A stretch of 63,849 bases of DNA, the filler included, from an uncultured Methanosarcinales archaeon (GTDB lineage: Archaea; Nanobdellota; Nanobdellia; Woesearchaeales; CAYXTQ01): the NCBI GenBank assembly GCA_964608065.1. It is 5 parts of 5 records of this genome, joined end to end, with 100 filler letters (N's around TTAATTAATTAA, not from the genome) between each part and the next. Parts side by side here need not be neighbours in the genome. Positions count along the whole stretch, not along the records: positions 56,458 to 63,849 come from CAZSMA010000075.1; 4 more parts are not named here. One strand, written 5' to 3'. The notes beneath the pieces are model-generated. The model saw nothing but the letters and a program-made list of their open reading frames with translations, was not told the DNA's origin and did no database searches. Numbering within the stretch: the first letter of the stretch is position 1; the number at the start of each line of letters is the position of its first letter. This document shows, in pieces, positions 60,832 through 63,849 of this stretch. The translations under genes and the position numbers were made by a program.

Positions 60832-61920
60832 ATGATATTGTGGTTTTTACCTGTAATTTTAGCTTTAGGAATTTTAACATCATATACTGATATAAAGCAT
60901 GGGAAAGTAAAAAACAAGCACCTATTTTTTGCTTTGCTCTATGGGATCATAGCATACACAATTATAATTTTCATTAACTTAGGATACGTAAGGATAGATT
61001 ATTTTACTGAACTCACAATAAACTGCACTTTTGCACTGGTAGTCGGATTCATAATATGGTATGTTGGCCTTTGGACAGCAGGTGACGCAAAATTATTCTT
61101 TACCTATTCATTTTTAATCCCTTTATCAACTTATAGATATGGTTACGTGCCATATTTTTCTTCCACAAATATTCTTATTAACACTTTGATACCAATGTTT
61201 CTGTTCTTACTTGCTGTATTATTATTTAAGACCAGCCTAAGACAAAAGGCATATTTTTTCAAAAACGCATTTAAACCAAAACGTGTACTCCAATTAGTAA
61301 TTTTTCTATTCGCATTTGGCTGGATAATAACCTTATTATTTTCTTTATTTAAAATCCCTCCAGACTATTTCCTTATGATATTAATACTATTTATTTTTAT
61401 GACCCTCTTGGAAAAAGTAGTTTCAATTAATATATTTAAGATTGTTATAGTAATATCAATATTGAGATTTGCGCTGGATAGATCTATCTATTCTATTGAA
61501 TTCCTATACTGGTTTTTATTCATGGTTTTAATGTTTGTGATATTAAGATTCTTTGTTATTTCGATGGGATTTCACATCTTCACAAAAGAAGTAGATATTG
61601 CACTCTTACAGAAAGGCATGATACCTGCAGAGGGAGTATACAAAGAGAAAGACAGATATAAAAAACAGGCTTTTAGGTTCTATACATTACTAAACTATCT
61701 CTCAGAAAAAACAAAAAAGAGAGATTACCTTTTTGAATCAACTTCAGAAGGCTTAACAGAAAAAGATGTTAAAAAACTGAAAAATTTGGAGAAAAAACTT
61801 GGTTTTGAACACCTCAGAGTACAGCAAACAATCCCATTTGCACCTTACATGTTCTTAGGGGTTTTACTTACAATAATATTCCAAGGAAATGCTTTTTTAG
61901 CCTTGGTATTCTTGTTCTGA
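60832..61920 (+). CDS. A24 prepilin/preflagellin peptidase-like protein
   Basis: SYTDIKHGKVKN, WTAGDAKL, C-terminal IPFAPY. Confidence 0.85.
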   Translation: MILWFLPVILALGILTSYTDIKHGKVKNKHLFFALLYGIIAYTIIIFINLGYVRIDYFTELTINCTFALVVGFIIWYVGLWTAGDAKLFFTYSFLIPLSTYRYGYVPYFSSTNILINTLIPMFLFLLAVLLFKTSLRQKAYFFKNAFKPKRVLQLVIFLFAFGWIITLLFSLFKIPPDYFLMILILFIFMTLLEKVVSINIFKIVIVISILRFALDRSIYSIEFLYWFLFMVLMFVILRFFVISMGFHIFTKEVDIALLQKGMIPAEGVYKEKDRYKKQAFRFYTLLNYLSEKTKKRDYLFESTSEGLTEKDVKKLKNLEKKLGFEHLRVQQTIPFAPYMFLGVLLTIIFQGNAFLALVFLF

Positions 61921-61981
61921 TAGACAAATATACTAAACCGTATAAAAATTTATAAAGCTTTAGAAGTTCTAATTTTTTAAA

Positions 61982-62470
61982 ATGGATGAAGAAATTTCAA
62001 TGCAAGGAAATTTGGAAATAAACCAGAAAGAAGGATGTGTTATAATTTCTGTAAACCCAAAAATTTATCCTTTAGATGTAGTCTTGTCATCAGCATATAT
62101 TTTTACAGATAATTATTATGTTCTTGTAGATGGTGACCCTAACGAAGAGATTATGGTAGAACTAAGACCAAAGGATAGTGATAAAGACTTACAGAAACTT
62201 GGTAGGGATTTCAATAATGAGCTGATAAATTATGCCAATTATGCTGTGCAATCAATAAGAAATGAACAATTAAGAGGAGCAATACTTAATAGAGTGTTAT
62301 TAACAAATAATGTTACACCAAATGATTCTGTTAAATGCAATACTAATGATTATTTAGAGAAGGAAGCAAAACCCTGGCAGTTTGAAGACCCTGAAAAAAT
62401 AGCAGTTCCCTGGGATGAAAAATATGGAGAAAGTAAAGATAAACAAAATAAAGAATCAGGTCTTAGTTAA
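61982..62470 (+). CDS. hxsD: His-Xaa-Ser system protein HxsD-like
   Basis: IYPLDVVLSSAY.F.D..Y, DFNNELINY; next to HxsB. Confidence 0.75.
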   Translation: MDEEISMQGNLEINQKEGCVIISVNPKIYPLDVVLSSAYIFTDNYYVLVDGDPNEEIMVELRPKDSDKDLQKLGRDFNNELINYANYAVQSIRNEQLRGAILNRVLLTNNVTPNDSVKCNTNDYLEKEAKPWQFEDPEKIAVPWDEKYGESKDKQNKESGLS

Positions 62471-62648
62471 TTTTAATGAACAGTTCTATAAAAAGGGATT
62501 CATTGACCAAGCTATTCTTGACTTTAATGAAGTTTGCGAGGTTGATCAAACAGAAGATGGTTTATTATTAAGGCCTAAGGGAGAAGTGAACTTGGATATA
62601 TTAGGCTACGAATTTTACAATTATGTTTTAGGTCTTATGAAGAACTAA
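62415..62648 (+). CDS. second small HxsD-like protein
   Basis: FY....IDQAILDF and EFYNYVLGL resemble the HxsD pattern. Confidence 0.6.
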   Translation: MKNMEKVKINKIKNQVLVNFNEQFYKKGFIDQAILDFNEVCEVDQTEDGLLLRPKGEVNLDILGYEFYNYVLGLMKN

Positions 62649-62655
62649 CTATAAA

Positions 62656-63849
62656 ATGGCTGTAAGCTACTTCGGAAAGGAAGGGAAGTATGTCCCAAAT
62701 CATATAAGGATAAAAAAAATTAAAGAAGGATTTCTAATCACCAATGATTATGGTTCATGGGCGTACCTGGATGATGAAGAGTATAAACAATTAAGAAAGA
62801 ATGAAGTAAAAGAGCCCCTGCGTAGCCTTTTGAAAGAAAAAGGGATACTTCTTTCAGAGGATAATATGGAGAATGTGATTGAAGATTATCGGAAAAAATG
62901 CCAATACCTGTTTCAAGGAACATCTTTGCATATAGTTGTTCCTACACTTAGATGTAATATGAAGTGTGTCTATTGCCACGCTAATGCAAAGCCTCAAAAT
63001 GCTGAAAGCTATGATATGGATAAGCAAACAGCAAAGAAAACAGTTGATTTCATATTTCAAAGCCCATCAAATGCGATTACAATAGAATTTCAGGGTGGAG
63101 ACAGCTTATTAAATTTTGATATCGTGAAATACGTAGTCAATTACGCAAAAGGACTGAATAAAACAGCTAAGAAAGATCTCAGGTTTAGCCTAGTTAGTAA
63201 TCTGATATCGCTTAATGATGAGATGGCTGATTTTTTAATGAAAGAAAGAATAGGGTTATGTACATCAATAGACGGCTGTAAAATTGTACATGATAAAAAT
63301 AGGCAAGGGCATGATGAAACTGCCAATTGGATAAGAAAAATAAAAGAAAAAAACTATCGCATCAACGCACTCTTGTTAATCACAAAACATTCTCTGCCAT
63401 ATCATAAGGAGATTGTTAATGAGTATGTCAACTTAGGATTAGATACGATATGGGTTAAATCTCTAAATAAGCTCGGCTATGCAAAAGACAACTGGAAAGA
63501 GATCGGCTTGACTGCTGAAGAATTCTTATCATTCTGGAAAAAATCCCTCGATTATATAGTGGAAATTAATAAGAATACGCTCCTCAAAGAAAATTCTACA
63601 GTAATTATCCTGAGGAAGATTTTGAAAAAAAAAGGTTCTAACTTCGCAGATTTACAAAGCCCTTGCGGTGCGTGCATAGCTCAATTAGCATATGATTACA
63701 ATGGTGATATATATACTTGTGATGAGGGTAGGCAGTTTGACATATTTAAGGTCGGTACTGTAGATGATAAATATACAGAAATACTTTCATCTAACGAAAC
63801 AAAAAGTATAGTCGAGACATCTATAAATGACAACCCTGTTTGTGAAACC
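62656..63849 (+). CDS. hxsB: His-Xaa-Ser system radical SAM maturase HxsB-like (runs off window end)
   Basis: Hand-translated, absent from ORF track: GTSLHIVVPTLRCNMKCVYCH, FQSPS..ITIEFQGG, DLQSPCGA...QLAY.YNGDIYTCDEGR. Confidence 0.88.
   Translation, partial: MAVSYFGKEGKYVPNHIRIKKIKEGFLITNDYGSWAYLDDEEYKQLRKNEVKEPLRSLLKEKGILLSEDNMENVIEDYRKKCQYLFQGTSLHIVVPTLRCNMKCVYCHANAKPQNAESYDMDKQTAKKTVDFIFQSPSNAITIEFQGGDSLLNFDIVKYVVNYAKGLNKTAKKDLRFSLVSNLISLNDEMADFLMKERIGLCTSIDGCKIVHDKNRQGHDETANWIRKIKEKNYRINALLLITKHSLPYHKEIVNEYVNLGLDTIWVKSLNKLGYAKDNWKEIGLTAEEFLSFWKKSLDYIVEINKNTLLKENSTVIILRKILKKKGSNFADLQSPCGACIAQLAYDYNGDIYTCDEGRQFDIFKVGTVDDKYTEILSSNETKSIVETSINDNPVCET

Overview
AT-rich archaeal sequence, most consistent with a DPANN archaeon (Woesearchaeota/Nanoarchaeota-like). 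Support: HMf-type histone, TFE, family-B polymerase, BRE/TATA promoters, BHB-intron tRNAs, tandem Lrp regulator and Cys-rich secreted proteins. It is a pseudo-scaffold of five contigs joined by 100-nt N44-TTAATTAATTAA-N44 linkers (14514, 28942, 42785, 56358), so adjacency across linkers means nothing. Contig 1: THUMP protein, ileS, truncated IS5-like element, polB, B3/4-argS, and an argG-argH operon preceded by an unannotated 20-aa leader ending in Arg-Arg-Arg, opposite an ACT-domain gene. Contig 2: large secreted proteins, gltX, B12 radical SAM, histone, two tRNAs with two introns each, and mazG(frameshifted)/rdgB/HIT. Contig 3: a translationally coupled operon of mosaic surface proteins (beta-helix, truncated subtilase, DUF333, papain+M23+vWA) with DNA-level module duplication. 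Contig 4: mtaB, rimB/rimK-like, thiMEC, an inserted Lrp/opine dehydrogenase/B12-binding enzyme module, thiL, purF, purD. Contig 5: TFE with a Lys-rich tail and a His-Xaa-Ser-type radical SAM cluster containing a prepilin peptidase and GT-C glycosyltransferase. Best candidates for undescribed biology: the arginine leader-peptide attenuator, the Hxs/prepilin-peptidase cluster, the B12 enzyme/opine dehydrogenase module, the module-shuffling surface-protein locus, and small palindromic inserts at gene junctions. All calls come from motif reading without database searches.
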